The notes: generated by a model not told the origin, from the sequence alone. A stretch of 64,000 bases of DNA from Pseudobdellovibrionaceae bacterium (GCA_030591685.1 JAUVAX010000001.1:28873-92872); one strand, 5' to 3'. Shown: positions 47,534 to 57,955, counted from the stretch's first letter. Program-made: numbers and translations.

Positions 47534-47837
47534 TAAAAAAATTGTAATTAGATTCGATCGACCTCTAAAACAAAAGGGCTTCAATAAAGCTTCACACCTA
47601 CTCCTCTTAGAGCTTTGTTTTCTGTTATAAAAATCAATGACACCTGTATGCCTTCACATCGACTCTTTATTATACACACTCATCTATTGTCAGGACTCCA
47701 CCTCACCTAGACCTTGGTACTGATTTACGAACGCAGCGCTTAAAAAGCAAAAGACCTCCCTGATTAGACTAAAGTTCTGGGGCCAAAGGTCGAAGAGTTG
47801 GTCATAAGTCCTGTTTATCACCAACGAAGGTAGAGTT

Positions 47838-48803
47838 ATGAAGGTCAAAATTAGCCCCTCTGTTATTGTATTATCACTCATGTTTTGTGTGTTGCCATTG
47901 CACGCTCTGGACGAGCTCGAAGCAGAGACCCACCAAAGCCCTTTTTTGGCCAAAAAATTAGACATTATATTTATCATTGATAACTCACCTAATCTTTTTG
48001 ATAAACAAAAACGACTGGCTCTTGAAATAGATAAATTTATTAATAGTTTAAAGAATATAGATTGGCACATTGCTGTGACGAACTCCGATGTGAGTGGCGG
48101 GGCCCACAGCCTCAACGGACACTTTGTTAAATATGATAATGGAGATCGTTTTATTCGTAAAAACACAGATAAAGCCCCTCAGAAACTCATCAAAGCCCTC
48201 ATCCGAGAAAATGCAAAAAACTGTGACCCCACCTGCCCCTCTGAATCGGAGGAGCCCCTTAAATCTCTTGCTCTTGCTCTCGGCAACAGTAAAGGGAATG
48301 CTGCTGATTTTTTTAGACCTGATGCTGAACTCTCTGTTGTTTTTCTCACCGATGAGGATGAAATGAGCACCGGCCCCCTTCAGGCAACAAAACCCGGACA
48401 TATATTAAATGCAATGGAGTCTTATTTTACTAACAAACTTTTGCTCCCTTATGGGTTTATTGTGCAAAACAATGATGGTGAGTGCCGTAAAAACCAAGGC
48501 ACAAACAGTCAGTACAGCTCACACATTGAATATCTTATATCAAATGCTAAAGGCCTTAGTTTTAGTATTTGTAGCAACTTTTACGACACCTCCCTACTTA
48601 AAGCCTCTTATCATATGAAAAAGCAACTTCACTCTATTGTTTTAAGGCATGAACCTGATGTCAGCTCTATTTCTATAGAAAATGATCAAAACTTAAAGTG
48701 GCATGTCAGAGGTAAGAAAATAATTTTCACACAACTTGATGAGCAACAAAGACACCTTTATATCACCTACAAAAAAACAAAATATATCATTAAACCTAAA
48801 TAA
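47838..48803 (+). CDS. Secreted VWA-like protein with degenerate MIDAS, paralogue of the 5869..7269 product
   Basis: Signal peptide. DIIFIIDNSPNL (DxSxN), WHIAVTN and VVFLTDEDE parallel DILFVVDNSRSM, YHIGVTT and VVFILSDAEDS. Confidence 0.6.
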   Translation: MKVKISPSVIVLSLMFCVLPLHALDELEAETHQSPFLAKKLDIIFIIDNSPNLFDKQKRLALEIDKFINSLKNIDWHIAVTNSDVSGGAHSLNGHFVKYDNGDRFIRKNTDKAPQKLIKALIRENAKNCDPTCPSESEEPLKSLALALGNSKGNAADFFRPDAELSVVFLTDEDEMSTGPLQATKPGHILNAMESYFTNKLLLPYGFIVQNNDGECRKNQGTNSQYSSHIEYLISNAKGLSFSICSNFYDTSLLKASYHMKKQLHSIVLRHEPDVSSISIENDQNLKWHVRGKKIIFTQLDEQQRHLYITYKKTKYIIKPK

Positions 48804-48879
48804 CTTAAGTATTCAAAGTGTGAGCTATTAAACGTAATACACAGATGAGTCTTATGTTTTTATAATCCTCAAAATAGCG

Positions 48880-49716
48880 CTATAAAGCCCTTTTCTTTCT
48901 GGACCATTGAGCGTTGAACCCCACGCTGAGCATGATCAAGACAATCCCCAAAATATTTATAGGCCCCATGGCCTCTGAGAAAACAAAAAACCCTACCAAA
49001 AGTGATAACACGACTCCAATATACTGAGCTATACTCACTTCATGCACTTGTGCTGTTTGAAATGCTTTTGTTAAATAAATTTGTGCAATTTGAGTAAATA
49101 CACCAATGCAAAGTATTAAAAGCCAGTCTCTCCCCTGAGGAGTCACCCAATACATCAAAGCCATTGGGGCAATGAGCGGAACCGTCACTAAGGGGAAATA
49201 AAAGACAACCACCATTGGCCCATCAGTCACTCTTAACTTTCTAATCACAGTGTAGGCACACCCTGAAAAAAAAGCGGAGATAAGCCCCAACCCCATAACT
49301 CCATAGGGGACATCATCACCAAAACCTCTAGTGAAATACACCCCAATAAATGCCACTGAAAAGAAGAACCACTGGATACTCTGTGGTTTCTCTTTTAGCC
49401 ATACTCGAGCCACTATTAGGGTAAATATGGGGGACATGTATTGCAAGGTCACTGCTGTACCTAGAGGCAAGTGTTGAAGGGTGTAAAAAAACAACGTTAG
49501 GGCTATTGAACCAAAAAGCCCCCTAAGGATTAATAGTTTTTTATTGTTGCCCCAGGGGTTTATTTTTTTAGCTTTAAGTATGGTAAAGGTGATCACCAGT
49601 GTTAATAGTGCTCTAAACAACACCAGTTCAAAAGCAGGAAGATGACTTAAAAATTTGAGGCACATATTAACGACCACAAAGTTTAACACCGCCAATAACA
49701 TATAGTAAAAACCCAA
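48880..49716 (-). CDS. EamA/DMT-family transporter
   Basis: Ten predicted TM helices in two EamA-like halves. Confidence 0.75.
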   Translation of the reverse strand: MGFYYMLLAVLNFVVVNMCLKFLSHLPAFELVLFRALLTLVITFTILKAKKINPWGNNKKLLILRGLFGSIALTLFFYTLQHLPLGTAVTLQYMSPIFTLIVARVWLKEKPQSIQWFFFSVAFIGVYFTRGFGDDVPYGVMGLGLISAFFSGCAYTVIRKLRVTDGPMVVVFYFPLVTVPLIAPMALMYWVTPQGRDWLLILCIGVFTQIAQIYLTKAFQTAQVHEVSIAQYIGVVLSLLVGFFVFSEAMGPINILGIVLIMLSVGFNAQWSRKKRAL

Positions 49717-50141
49717 AAGAAATCCCTTAATGAAATTTTAAATAACAACTACGTACTCAATATATGCTTATCTATTTTTTGTCTTGAAAGCGACAAAAAC
49801 TAATTAAGCGTGTCCCAGTAATGGCTGAACTATTTCACGCCTACAATAAGTTGAGCCTAATTTATAAACACGAACTCTAGCGAATCACCCGGCAAAATGA
49901 AAACCGATATACTTTATATTCATCGTGAGCGAGAGAAAATAAAACTCTCACCTCAAACAGGGGGGCGGCAGACCGAATTTAACGCCCATAGACTTTTTTG
50001 AACCCCATAGGAGACCCACCAATGTTGCTCTGCAACAACTTTTGCCCTGATTCAACCATAGTATAATTTTTATATTTCATTGTAGTTTTTTCATACTTTT
50101 ATGATAGCCTCTTAAGCAAGAAAAAACCCTACGGAGGCCTT

Positions 50142-51383
50142 ATGTTTAAACTATTTATCGCAGCGCTATTTATTTTTAATTTTAGTACATCCTTTGCTAA
50201 AGCCAGCGAAGATCCTGATTTGTACTGGATGAAGGTGAAGGCTAAAGACAAATTTGCTCGTTCTCTCATTGCTAACACTGGCATTGCCATTGAGCATGTG
50301 AACGATAATTATGTCATGGGCATGGGGACTAAAAGTGAACTAGATGCTGTCAAAAAAACGGGACGTTTAGAGACTTCTTTTAAGCTCTCTGAGCAAATGC
50401 TTGATTTCCCGGCTAAGGATGAGAAATTTCATAACTACACAGAGCTTTTAGCTGAACTCAACTCACTGGCGGCAAACAACCCCGACATCGTTGCTTTAAA
50501 CTCTATAGGCCAGTCACATGAAAATAGACAAATTTTACATCTAACCATCTCTACAGATTTAGCTCAAAGTGATCTTAAACCAGGTATTGTTTTCATGGGA
50601 GGGCACCATGCTAGAGAACACGTTTCTATTGAAATGCCCCTTATGTTAGCTCAGTATTTGGTTCGAGAGTACCGCAATCAAAATGCTGAAGTCGTTAACT
50701 TGCTTGAGTCACGACAAATTCACCTTATACCAATGGTAAATCCCGATGGAGCAGAACATGATATTTCTAGTGGTCGGTATAAAACCTGGAGAAAAAATCG
50801 TAGACTTAACGCTGATGGAAATTACGGTGTCGATTTAAACCGTAACTACGGATTTATGTGGGGAACAGGTGGATCCAGTAAAAGCACTCGCTCAGACGTA
50901 TACATGGGCAAAGCCCCATTTTCTGAGCCTGAAACAATGGCCATTAAAAACTTTGTAGAAGCACAGACTAATATCTCAATTTTACTGTCCTTCCATACGT
51001 TTTCTGAGTTGATCCTTTACCCATGGGGGCATAAATATGACAGCATCAGTGACTCTCGTGCCCTTTCAGTTCATACAACGATGGCTAACCGTATGGCTCA
51101 ATGGAATGGTTATAAGCCTCAACAATCCTCCGACTTATACGTTGCCAGTGGCGACACGACTGATTGGAGTTTTGGCTCTCAAGGTATAATTTCATTCACA
51201 TTTGAATTGGACCCAAAAAGTATGTGGAGTGGTGGGTTTTACCCTGGGCAAAATACAATTGATATTGCCTTTAATAAAAACATCAAACCAGCTCTTTACT
51301 TAATGAGCTACGCAGATAACCCTTATAGGGTTCTCGAGTCTACACATCAAGCCTACGGACTAAACAGTCCTCTTGTTAAGTAA
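50142..51383 (+). CDS. Secreted M14-family zinc carboxypeptidase
   Basis: Signal peptide. YHNYTELLAEL...GQSHENRQI, zinc ligands in GGHHAREHVS (HxxE), NPDG, and a later H in SFHTFSE. Confidence 0.85.
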   Translation: MFKLFIAALFIFNFSTSFAKASEDPDLYWMKVKAKDKFARSLIANTGIAIEHVNDNYVMGMGTKSELDAVKKTGRLETSFKLSEQMLDFPAKDEKFHNYTELLAELNSLAANNPDIVALNSIGQSHENRQILHLTISTDLAQSDLKPGIVFMGGHHAREHVSIEMPLMLAQYLVREYRNQNAEVVNLLESRQIHLIPMVNPDGAEHDISSGRYKTWRKNRRLNADGNYGVDLNRNYGFMWGTGGSSKSTRSDVYMGKAPFSEPETMAIKNFVEAQTNISILLSFHTFSELILYPWGHKYDSISDSRALSVHTTMANRMAQWNGYKPQQSSDLYVASGDTTDWSFGSQGIISFTFELDPKSMWSGGFYPGQNTIDIAFNKNIKPALYLMSYADNPYRVLESTHQAYGLNSPLVK

Positions 51384-51396
51384 GATTAGAATTAAT

Positions 51397-51429
51397 AAAA
51401 AAAAGCTCCGAATTTCGGAGCTTTTTTTT
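51397..51429. terminator. Bidirectional rho-independent terminator between convergent genes
   Basis: A8 tract, GCTCCG-AATTT-CGGAGC hairpin (51405-51421), then T8 tract. Symmetric, so usable from both strands. Confidence 0.8.
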
Positions 51430-51456
51430 AAACTTAGTTTTTAATAAATAATGTGA

Positions 51457-53547
51457 TTACTCTTCGATATCTTCTTCATCATTACTGCCTTCATCAAACT
51501 CATATTCATCGCTAGTCTCTTCAAAAGAGTCATCATATTCTTCTTCATCTGCAAAATCATCCGCAGAGGTTGTTTCATAACTATCTTCATCAAGATCATC
51601 TATGCCCTCTGAATCCGACAAAATTTCACCTGAAATAGATTCCTCATTATTTACACCTGTAAAGTCTCTTATATGTATGTCATCAACAGCTCTCATTATT
51701 ACTGCGGTTGAAGACCTGGGGTTTACGTGTGCAATTTTCATGTACCCCGTCACTAAATTATCATTACTAATAAAAGATTTTTTAAAGCGCTCCTTTCGGT
51801 TTTTTCGAATGGGCAGTATATCTCCTGGGGCAAGACCTGAATCACTCCCCTTATCTATATAAACGATGGCGTTATTTGAGAAAAATACTCTTTCAGCGGT
51901 ATATCTGCCGCCAATAATTAAAGCCGAAATATTTTTAATATCTTCCTTTTTGAAATCTAACACTACATTTTTAACTTTTCCGTGTCTTAAAAAAGAACCC
52001 TTTTTTACCGGAAATATAGCTTTTTTAACTAGCCCCTTGTAAACAATTCGCCCTTTATAATTAGATGTCACTCTCTCTATAACCTCTATACTCCCAGTAT
52101 ACTTTATACTAAAACCAGAGTTTTTTATGTTCTTCCACTTATCTTTATAGGTAATTCTCCCAATATTTTCATATGAAGTGAGCAACTCACCTATATCCAA
52201 AGATCCTTTAACCGGTTCAATATAAACATATTGGTAAGGAGAGGCTGTGTCCCCTCCCATCTCAACTTCAATAATTTTTGCTTCTGGCTCTGGGACACCA
52301 TCAAACAATACAAAGTCTAATCGAGTGACTTCTTTAAAATCGTAAACGGGTCTTTTTCCGTAGGTAATGCCGGCCTCATCAAATATGTCTGAATTTCTGG
52401 CCCTTAAATGTGGCAAACTTGGCGGCAGTGTTTGAACTACTGGCTTGTATGGAAATAATGGTGGAGGAAACACAATATTCAACTCTTGAGTTGATTCAGA
52501 GTAGTACTCTTCATTTTTATTATTTGCAGTGTTTGTTTTTACTTCATTGGTTTCTGAACCATCAGTAATGGTAAAGCTCGGAGAGCTGCTCTCATTACCT
52601 AAAATAAAATTAATTTTATAATTTGGTTTAATTAAATGAGGATTAAATAGTTGATCATTCAAAGACCAAATTTTAGGCCAATAATTACCGTCTCCAAAAA
52701 TAGTACTACTGATGCCCCAAAGCGTGTCTCCTGATTGAATAGAGTAAGACTCTTGTTTGCCCTTTTGTAAAAGCCCTGACCACTGTTCTTCTGTAATAGG
52801 AGAACTATAAAATTTTGAGTATATATCCGCCAGAGCTTGCTCATACTCGTAATTGGGCTCATCGTAATCGTTCGATTCCTCAGATGCTTCAGCCTGAAAG
52901 GACTCCTCTTCAACTGGTTCGGGGTCCATAACGGGCTCTATAGTTTCTTCAACAAGAGCCTCTTCAACAATCGGCCCCTCAAGGGTCGAGTCAATTTCTT
53001 GCAAACTCTCCTCGTCCTGAGCTATTTCAGGGTCTAAATTACTGGGGTCTTCGTTTTCAAGTTGATCATCTTGAGCGGTCTTAGTTTTCAAAGAGGGCTC
53101 TTCCTCAAACTCATCATCTAATAAAGACTCTATGTCTTCATCTTCATCATTCTCAGACAGATCTTCTGAGTCCTCATCCGAATACTCATCCGCCTCAGCT
53201 AGGTCCTCAGAATCTTCATCTGAATATTCGTCTGTTTCAGCTAGATCTTCAGAGTTCTCGTCTGAAGGCTCTTCTTCTGACTCCTCACTAAGCTCCGTTA
53301 ACTCATCAAGTTCATTATTAAGTTCATTTTTTTGAGTGGATTTTTCACTATTGACCTCAGAGGACCCGTCAAACTCATCATCACTTTTTTGTGATTTAGC
53401 ACTCGCTCCACTCATCTCTTCAGCGGTGTATTCTTCAGATTGATTAAATTCTTTTTCAAAATCTTGAACAAAATCCACATCTTCTTGGGCCCAAAGATGA
53501 GTCGAAAACAATATAGCTATTAATAACATAAGGTATTTAATAATCAT
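51457..53547 (-). CDS. Secreted LysM-domain protein with extremely acidic N- and C-terminal regions
   Basis: Signal peptide. LysM core YSIQSGDTLWGISSTIFGDGNYWPKIWSLN. D/E-rich tracts at both ends. Confidence 0.8.
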   Translation of the reverse strand: MIIKYLMLLIAILFSTHLWAQEDVDFVQDFEKEFNQSEEYTAEEMSGASAKSQKSDDEFDGSSEVNSEKSTQKNELNNELDELTELSEESEEEPSDENSEDLAETDEYSDEDSEDLAEADEYSDEDSEDLSENDEDEDIESLLDDEFEEEPSLKTKTAQDDQLENEDPSNLDPEIAQDEESLQEIDSTLEGPIVEEALVEETIEPVMDPEPVEEESFQAEASEESNDYDEPNYEYEQALADIYSKFYSSPITEEQWSGLLQKGKQESYSIQSGDTLWGISSTIFGDGNYWPKIWSLNDQLFNPHLIKPNYKINFILGNESSSPSFTITDGSETNEVKTNTANNKNEEYYSESTQELNIVFPPPLFPYKPVVQTLPPSLPHLRARNSDIFDEAGITYGKRPVYDFKEVTRLDFVLFDGVPEPEAKIIEVEMGGDTASPYQYVYIEPVKGSLDIGELLTSYENIGRITYKDKWKNIKNSGFSIKYTGSIEVIERVTSNYKGRIVYKGLVKKAIFPVKKGSFLRHGKVKNVVLDFKKEDIKNISALIIGGRYTAERVFFSNNAIVYIDKGSDSGLAPGDILPIRKNRKERFKKSFISNDNLVTGYMKIAHVNPRSSTAVIMRAVDDIHIRDFTGVNNEESISGEILSDSEGIDDLDEDSYETTSADDFADEEEYDDSFEETSDEYEFDEGSNDEEDIEE
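53134..53253 (-). repeat. In-frame 42-bp tandem repeat (about 2.8 units) encoding SEDLAE(T/A)DEYSDED
   Basis: Units at 53212-53253 and 53170-53211 plus a partial third. The two full units differ at 9 codons, 8 of them synonymous. Confidence 0.85.
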
Positions 53548-53610
53548 AAAACTGAAACTTCCTTGTTTCGCTTAACCTATGGTAATTCTAGTATTATTTT
53601 ATGCACCTGG

Positions 53611-54219
53611 CTATTGAATTTTTGACAACTCTACCTGAGCCTTTTTGTATACACTCACGCCCGGCCCTTGCTTTAAAACCTCTTTTAACGAGAATACATA
53701 AGCCCCAGTGAGGTTCATTTTACGATACACCTGGGCTTTTAGGTAGTTTGCTTTAGACAATAGTTTTTTGTTTGATGAAGACTTCTGTATCTCTCCTAGG
53801 CCTGAGAGTACGGATGTGTATTTTTTAAGTCTAAAGTCCAGCTTCGCCAACCAATAAAGAGATCTATTTTTAAGCTCGATACGATGGTGCTTTGTCTTTA
53901 AAATATTTACTCCTGCCAGTACAGCATCATAGTTGTTCTCTTTCCAACTACGCACTATAAAGTTGTACACCTTTACAGCAGAGCCACCGGGCACTTGAAT
54001 TTCTACATATGTTCTAAGTTCAGTGGGCTTTAACTTTTTTGGTTTTTCTCTAAGAACCATTAAAACTTCATTCTCTTCAGTGAGTTGTGAAATCGTCTGT
54101 CTTTGCTGTTTTATTAAACCATACGCTCTGTCTTCATCTAAATCATGAGCACTCTCATTATTCATACTCTGACAACCCACCAGAAATAAACCTATAAAAA
54201 AAATATGACTTGCTCTCAT
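53611..54219 (-). CDS. TPR-like lipoprotein, function unknown
   Basis: Lipobox FLVGC. N-terminal coiled segment, then TPR-like helices (SLYWLAKLDFRLKKYTSVLSGL, ANYLKAQVYRKMNLTGAYVFSLKEVL). Confidence 0.5.
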   Translation of the reverse strand: MRASHIFFIGLFLVGCQSMNNESAHDLDEDRAYGLIKQQRQTISQLTEENEVLMVLREKPKKLKPTELRTYVEIQVPGGSAVKVYNFIVRSWKENNYDAVLAGVNILKTKHHRIELKNRSLYWLAKLDFRLKKYTSVLSGLGEIQKSSSNKKLLSKANYLKAQVYRKMNLTGAYVFSLKEVLKQGPGVSVYKKAQVELSKIQ

Positions 54220-54522
54220 AACCCCTCTTTATCAGTTAATGCTAGCGCTTTTAGTGCTCATTAACAAATAAAGGTTTTTACATGAAAAAAAAGTTTTCCA
54301 CAGGATTTGTGGATCTTAAGACCATAAAACCCCTAGACCTTAGGTCAGACAAGGGTTTTAGCCAAATGCAGTGGACTTAGGCATCAATTAAGTGACTGTT
54401 TTTATTATTAATTATTCAATTTTTTAGAGTTTTTTTTTGAAGGTATTCACTTTCTTAAATTCGAAAACCGGACTCCCCCCCGTCTAAGTCCATCTAAATA
54501 AATCTCCGCCTAGGCACACCTC

Positions 54523-55416
54523 TTGAAATGCCCTATTCATATGCTTAAGCCCACTTCTTACATCTTCGCCTTGGCCCTTATGATCATCTCATGCTTTGTT
54601 CTCATAAGCCCTTCTGAGGGCGTTCACTCACTGTGCTTACAATGGACCACCTCAGAGTCACCCTTTGACTATATTTATCAGTCTCTTCTCTGTGGTGAAA
54701 AACTTAAAAAAAATGACATTTACCTGGTTTTAATTTCAGCAGGGCTTATACATTTATTCGTCGTTTCAGGAGCGCACATCCTTTTTTTAGAAACACTTTT
54801 AAATAGATTACTCCTAAAGTTCATGTTTAAAAAACTGGCCATCACTTCTCTGCTCATCATCTACGCACATATCTGTTTATGGTCACCCCCAATTACTAGA
54901 GCATTGAGCCAGTACATTCTAAAATCTTTTAATGGTCATTTAAAGCTCAATCACTCTCCCTTATTAATACTCCTGCTCTCCATCATTATTTCTTTATGCT
55001 TTCAACCAGCCTGGATGTCCTCCATATCTCTCCCCTTAAGTTGGGTGGCGAGTCTTCAGTTTATTTCTCCAAACAAAAGTCCTCTGACGACAAATATAAA
55101 AATCTACCTCACCATGCTTCCGTTGACTCTAATGCTCACACCTTTGCACCCTTATTCCATTTTATTTAACACCCTGTTCGCCCCTGTTGTGAGCCATGTT
55201 TTATTTCCCTTAACTCTTATTTCTGGAGCTTTCACACCCCTTAGGGGCTTCTGTGACCTACTCTGGGAGCAGAGCTTAAAAGTTCTTTCACTCACAACTC
55301 AGATGGTCCCCTCAGGTATGACAGATGGGTTTTCAATTTCAGTTCTAGGAGCCTGGGCCTACGCCATAGGCCTTCATTTCATTTACACGATCATTTACAA
55401 ACGGAGAAATTTTTGA
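54523..55416 (+). CDS. comEC: ComEC/Rec2 competence-channel domain protein (membrane part only)
   Basis: Polytopic. LISAGLIHLFVVSGAHILFL matches the ComEC GLSHLLAISGLH block. TTG start in the track (ATG at 54541 is possible). Confidence 0.7.
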   Translation: MKCPIHMLKPTSYIFALALMIISCFVLISPSEGVHSLCLQWTTSESPFDYIYQSLLCGEKLKKNDIYLVLISAGLIHLFVVSGAHILFLETLLNRLLLKFMFKKLAITSLLIIYAHICLWSPPITRALSQYILKSFNGHLKLNHSPLLILLLSIIISLCFQPAWMSSISLPLSWVASLQFISPNKSPLTTNIKIYLTMLPLTLMLTPLHPYSILFNTLFAPVVSHVLFPLTLISGAFTPLRGFCDLLWEQSLKVLSLTTQMVPSGMTDGFSISVLGAWAYAIGLHFIYTIIYKRRNF

Positions 55417-56174
55417 GAAACATTAAATTCACCCTTTGCTTAACTCTGGCTCTTTTACACCCCCTACGCCTCAGCTCACATGTTAACAATATGCTTATTA
55501 TTTGGGACGTGGGACAAGGGCAGTTTTTAACTTTGGTCTCAGCTTATGAGTGCCTTCATATAGACTCTGGAGGTGAATTTTTTGCTCAAAAAGCCACTCT
55601 CAAACGTTTGTGTAATTATAAATCAAATCTTATCGCTTTTACCCATTGGGACTGGGATCACATAAATTTAACCCCAGTATTAAAACACCTTTTTCCAAAG
55701 CTCTGTCGCCTTAACTTCTCTCACTCTCTGCCCACTAGTGACCGAAAGAAATCCCTCATTCAGGGTTTAAAGGTCTGTAAACACTCACCCAAAATAATAA
55801 TAGAGCCTCTGTTTCCAAGAAAGTTACGTCAAAAAATCTATTCTTTAAGTTCAAATGATCAGTCTGATGTTTTTAATGTTGAGCATCTATTTTTATCCCC
55901 AGGGGACTCAACAAAAAAAGTTGAAAAATACTGGGCCCCAAGCCTGTCGAAAACAAACCAGATTAAAACCCTTATCTTAGGGCACCATGGCAGCCAAACA
56001 AGTACTTCAACAAACCTTTTAAGGGCTCTCCCTAACTTAACAATGGCCATTTGCAGTGCCCGCAAAAAAAGATACGGTCACCCCCATAAAAGAACAAAAA
56101 AAACCCTCAAACTTTTTAGAGGTCTGAGGGTTTTTTGTACTGAAAATTTTGGAAGCATTGCTATTAAATACTAA
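55413..56174 (+). CDS. ComEC C-terminal metallo-beta-lactamase-like domain encoded as a separate ORF
   Basis: WDVGQGQF, FTHWDWDHI (variant of HxHxDH), LILGHHGSQTSTS. TTG start overlaps the upstream stop (TTGA), with GGAG 6 nt upstream. Confidence 0.65.
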   Translation: MRNIKFTLCLTLALLHPLRLSSHVNNMLIIWDVGQGQFLTLVSAYECLHIDSGGEFFAQKATLKRLCNYKSNLIAFTHWDWDHINLTPVLKHLFPKLCRLNFSHSLPTSDRKKSLIQGLKVCKHSPKIIIEPLFPRKLRQKIYSLSSNDQSDVFNVEHLFLSPGDSTKKVEKYWAPSLSKTNQIKTLILGHHGSQTSTSTNLLRALPNLTMAICSARKKRYGHPHKRTKKTLKLFRGLRVFCTENFGSIAIKY

Positions 56175-57270
56175 AAGGCCTGTATTCTAAATTTAAATCT
56201 TTAGCTACGGGTTCGTAAGAAACATATCCTCCGTAAACATTTAAACCCTTATACAGGGCTGGATCTTTTTGTATCGCATCTTCAACACCCATTTGAGCAA
56301 TCATAGACGCATACCTCATTGTTGCATTAGTGAGTGCGTAGGTAGATGTCCTCGCTACAACTCCCGGCATATTGGGGACGCAGTAATGTATCACACCATC
56401 AATATCAAAAGTAGGGCTGGTATGAGAGGTGGGCTTACAGGTGGCAATACACCCCCCTTGATCTACGGCTACATCTACAACAACACTCCCCGTCCCCATA
56501 GACTTCACCATTTTTTCGCTTACAAGTTGAGGGGCTTTTCGCCCAGCAATAAGTACAGCTCCAACAAGTAGGTCCGATTTAGAGACCGCGTCTTCAATAT
56601 TACTCACACTAGAGTACAAGGTTCTTACTCGACCTTGAAAAATATCATCTAAATACTCCAGTCGAGCATGGTTTACATCTAAGATGGTCACTTCAGCTCC
56701 AAGACCCACCGCCATTTTTGCAGCATTTGTCCCAACAACTCCACCGCCGATAATTGTAACTTGCCCTTTTTTGACGCCAGTCACACCACCTAAAAGTATA
56801 CCCTTACCACCTTTATCTTTTTGTAAATAAAAGGCCCCTACCTGTGTCGCCATACGTCCGGCCACTTCGCTCATTGGTACAAGCAGTGGTAAACTGCCGT
56901 CAGCCGCCTGTATGGTTTCGTAACCAATGGCCTTTACCTTTCTCTCACAAAGGGCTTTGGTTAGTTTTGGCTCTGCGGCTAAATGTAAATAGGTATATAA
57001 AATTTGATTCTCTTGCATGAGTTCGTACTCATCAGCAAGGGGCTCTTTGACTTTAACTATCATTTCTGAAGATTTATAAACCTCAGATTTAGTGTCTATA
57101 ATTGTAGCGCCCACCTCTTCGTACAGTTCGTTTGATATCATGCTCCCAAGGCCCGCATCCTTTTCAACCAATAATTTGTGCCCTTCACTGACGAGCTGCT
57201 TAACCCCTTGTTCGGTAAGACCTACTCTGTTTTCACTGATTTTAATTTCCTTTGGGACTCCGATAATCAT
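56164..57270 (-). CDS. ald: Alanine dehydrogenase
   Basis: [22 protein letters not shown] motif [33 protein letters not shown]. Confidence 0.92.
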   Translation of the reverse strand: MIIGVPKEIKISENRVGLTEQGVKQLVSEGHKLLVEKDAGLGSMISNELYEEVGATIIDTKSEVYKSSEMIVKVKEPLADEYELMQENQILYTYLHLAAEPKLTKALCERKVKAIGYETIQAADGSLPLLVPMSEVAGRMATQVGAFYLQKDKGGKGILLGGVTGVKKGQVTIIGGGVVGTNAAKMAVGLGAEVTILDVNHARLEYLDDIFQGRVRTLYSSVSNIEDAVSKSDLLVGAVLIAGRKAPQLVSEKMVKSMGTGSVVVDVAVDQGGCIATCKPTSHTSPTFDIDGVIHYCVPNMPGVVARTSTYALTNATMRYASMIAQMGVEDAIQKDPALYKGLNVYGGYVSYEPVAKDLNLEYRPFSI

Positions 57271-57433
57271 ATATTTACCTCTTATTAAAATATTAAAAAC
57301 CGTCTGAACCTATTTAGACTTGTTGCTTCATTTCGTCAACCCAAGACCGTGGGTTTTACCCCAAAAAAGCACCATGACAAAGCCTATCAATATTTACAAA
57401 ACTTTGAATATGTAGTCTAATTAACTGTATTAT

Positions 57434-57955
57434 TTGGGGGTTATTTTGAGTGCACAATGCATACTGGGTATTGACCCAGGAAGCCAAAATATGGGTTTTG
57501 GTGTTATCAGTTCTGATGGCACTGCTGAAACCCATATACACCACGGAGTAATAACCATACCCAATAAGTTGAGCCTTCCTGGAAAGCTTTTTTATGCCCA
57601 TGAAAAACTCGGTGAGCTCTTTTTACAGTTTAAACCCACATGTTTTGCCTTAGAGGACATTTTTTTAGGTAAAAACCCAAAATCAGCTTTTATTTTAGGG
57701 CATGTTCGAGGTGTTTGCCTGCAGATTGCTTACAAAAACCGCTGTGATATCCAAAATTATGCCGCACGCACGGTAAAAAAAACCATCACTGGTTCTGGGG
57801 CCGCCTCTAAGGAGCAAGTGCGAAACGTTGTGACACGCTTGCTCAATATATCCACCGAAGCAAAACTAGATGCGACAGATGCCCTCGCCATTGCTATAAC
57901 TTATAGCCGTCACCAACATGTACAAACTCTCCAAAAAAAGGGGGTCTATTTATGA
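57434..57955 (+). CDS. ruvC: Holliday-junction resolvase RuvC
   Basis: ILGIDPGSQNMGFGVI, ALEDIFLGKNPKSA, GSGAASKEQV, and DATDALAIAI near the C-terminus. TTG start (an alternative TTG lies at 57446). Confidence 0.9.
   Translation: MGVILSAQCILGIDPGSQNMGFGVISSDGTAETHIHHGVITIPNKLSLPGKLFYAHEKLGELFLQFKPTCFALEDIFLGKNPKSAFILGHVRGVCLQIAYKNRCDIQNYAARTVKKTITGSGAASKEQVRNVVTRLLNISTEAKLDATDALAIAITYSRHQHVQTLQKKGVYL

Noticed and set aside
47690-48166. 158-aa minus-strand ORF overlapping the start of the VWA-like gene.
   Set aside because: It overlaps the signal peptide and MIDAS region of the better-supported plus-strand gene and runs into a repeat-containing intergenic region. It has no motifs and an odd composition.
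53132-53335. Ser-rich 67-aa plus-strand ORF (SSESSSEYSS repeats).
   Set aside because: It is the antisense reading of the GAx/GAy acidic repeat of the LysM protein. Its repetitiveness is a mirror of that repeat, not independent coding evidence.
54294-54316. Inverted pair of DnaA-box-like 9-mers (TTTTCCACA and the complement of AGATCCACA) upstream of comEC. A possible 33-codon ORF starts at 54282.
   Set aside because: Only two imperfect boxes, no AT-rich unwinding element, and no dnaA, dnaN or gidA context, so this is not an origin. It could be any small palindromic operator, and the mini-ORF has no support.
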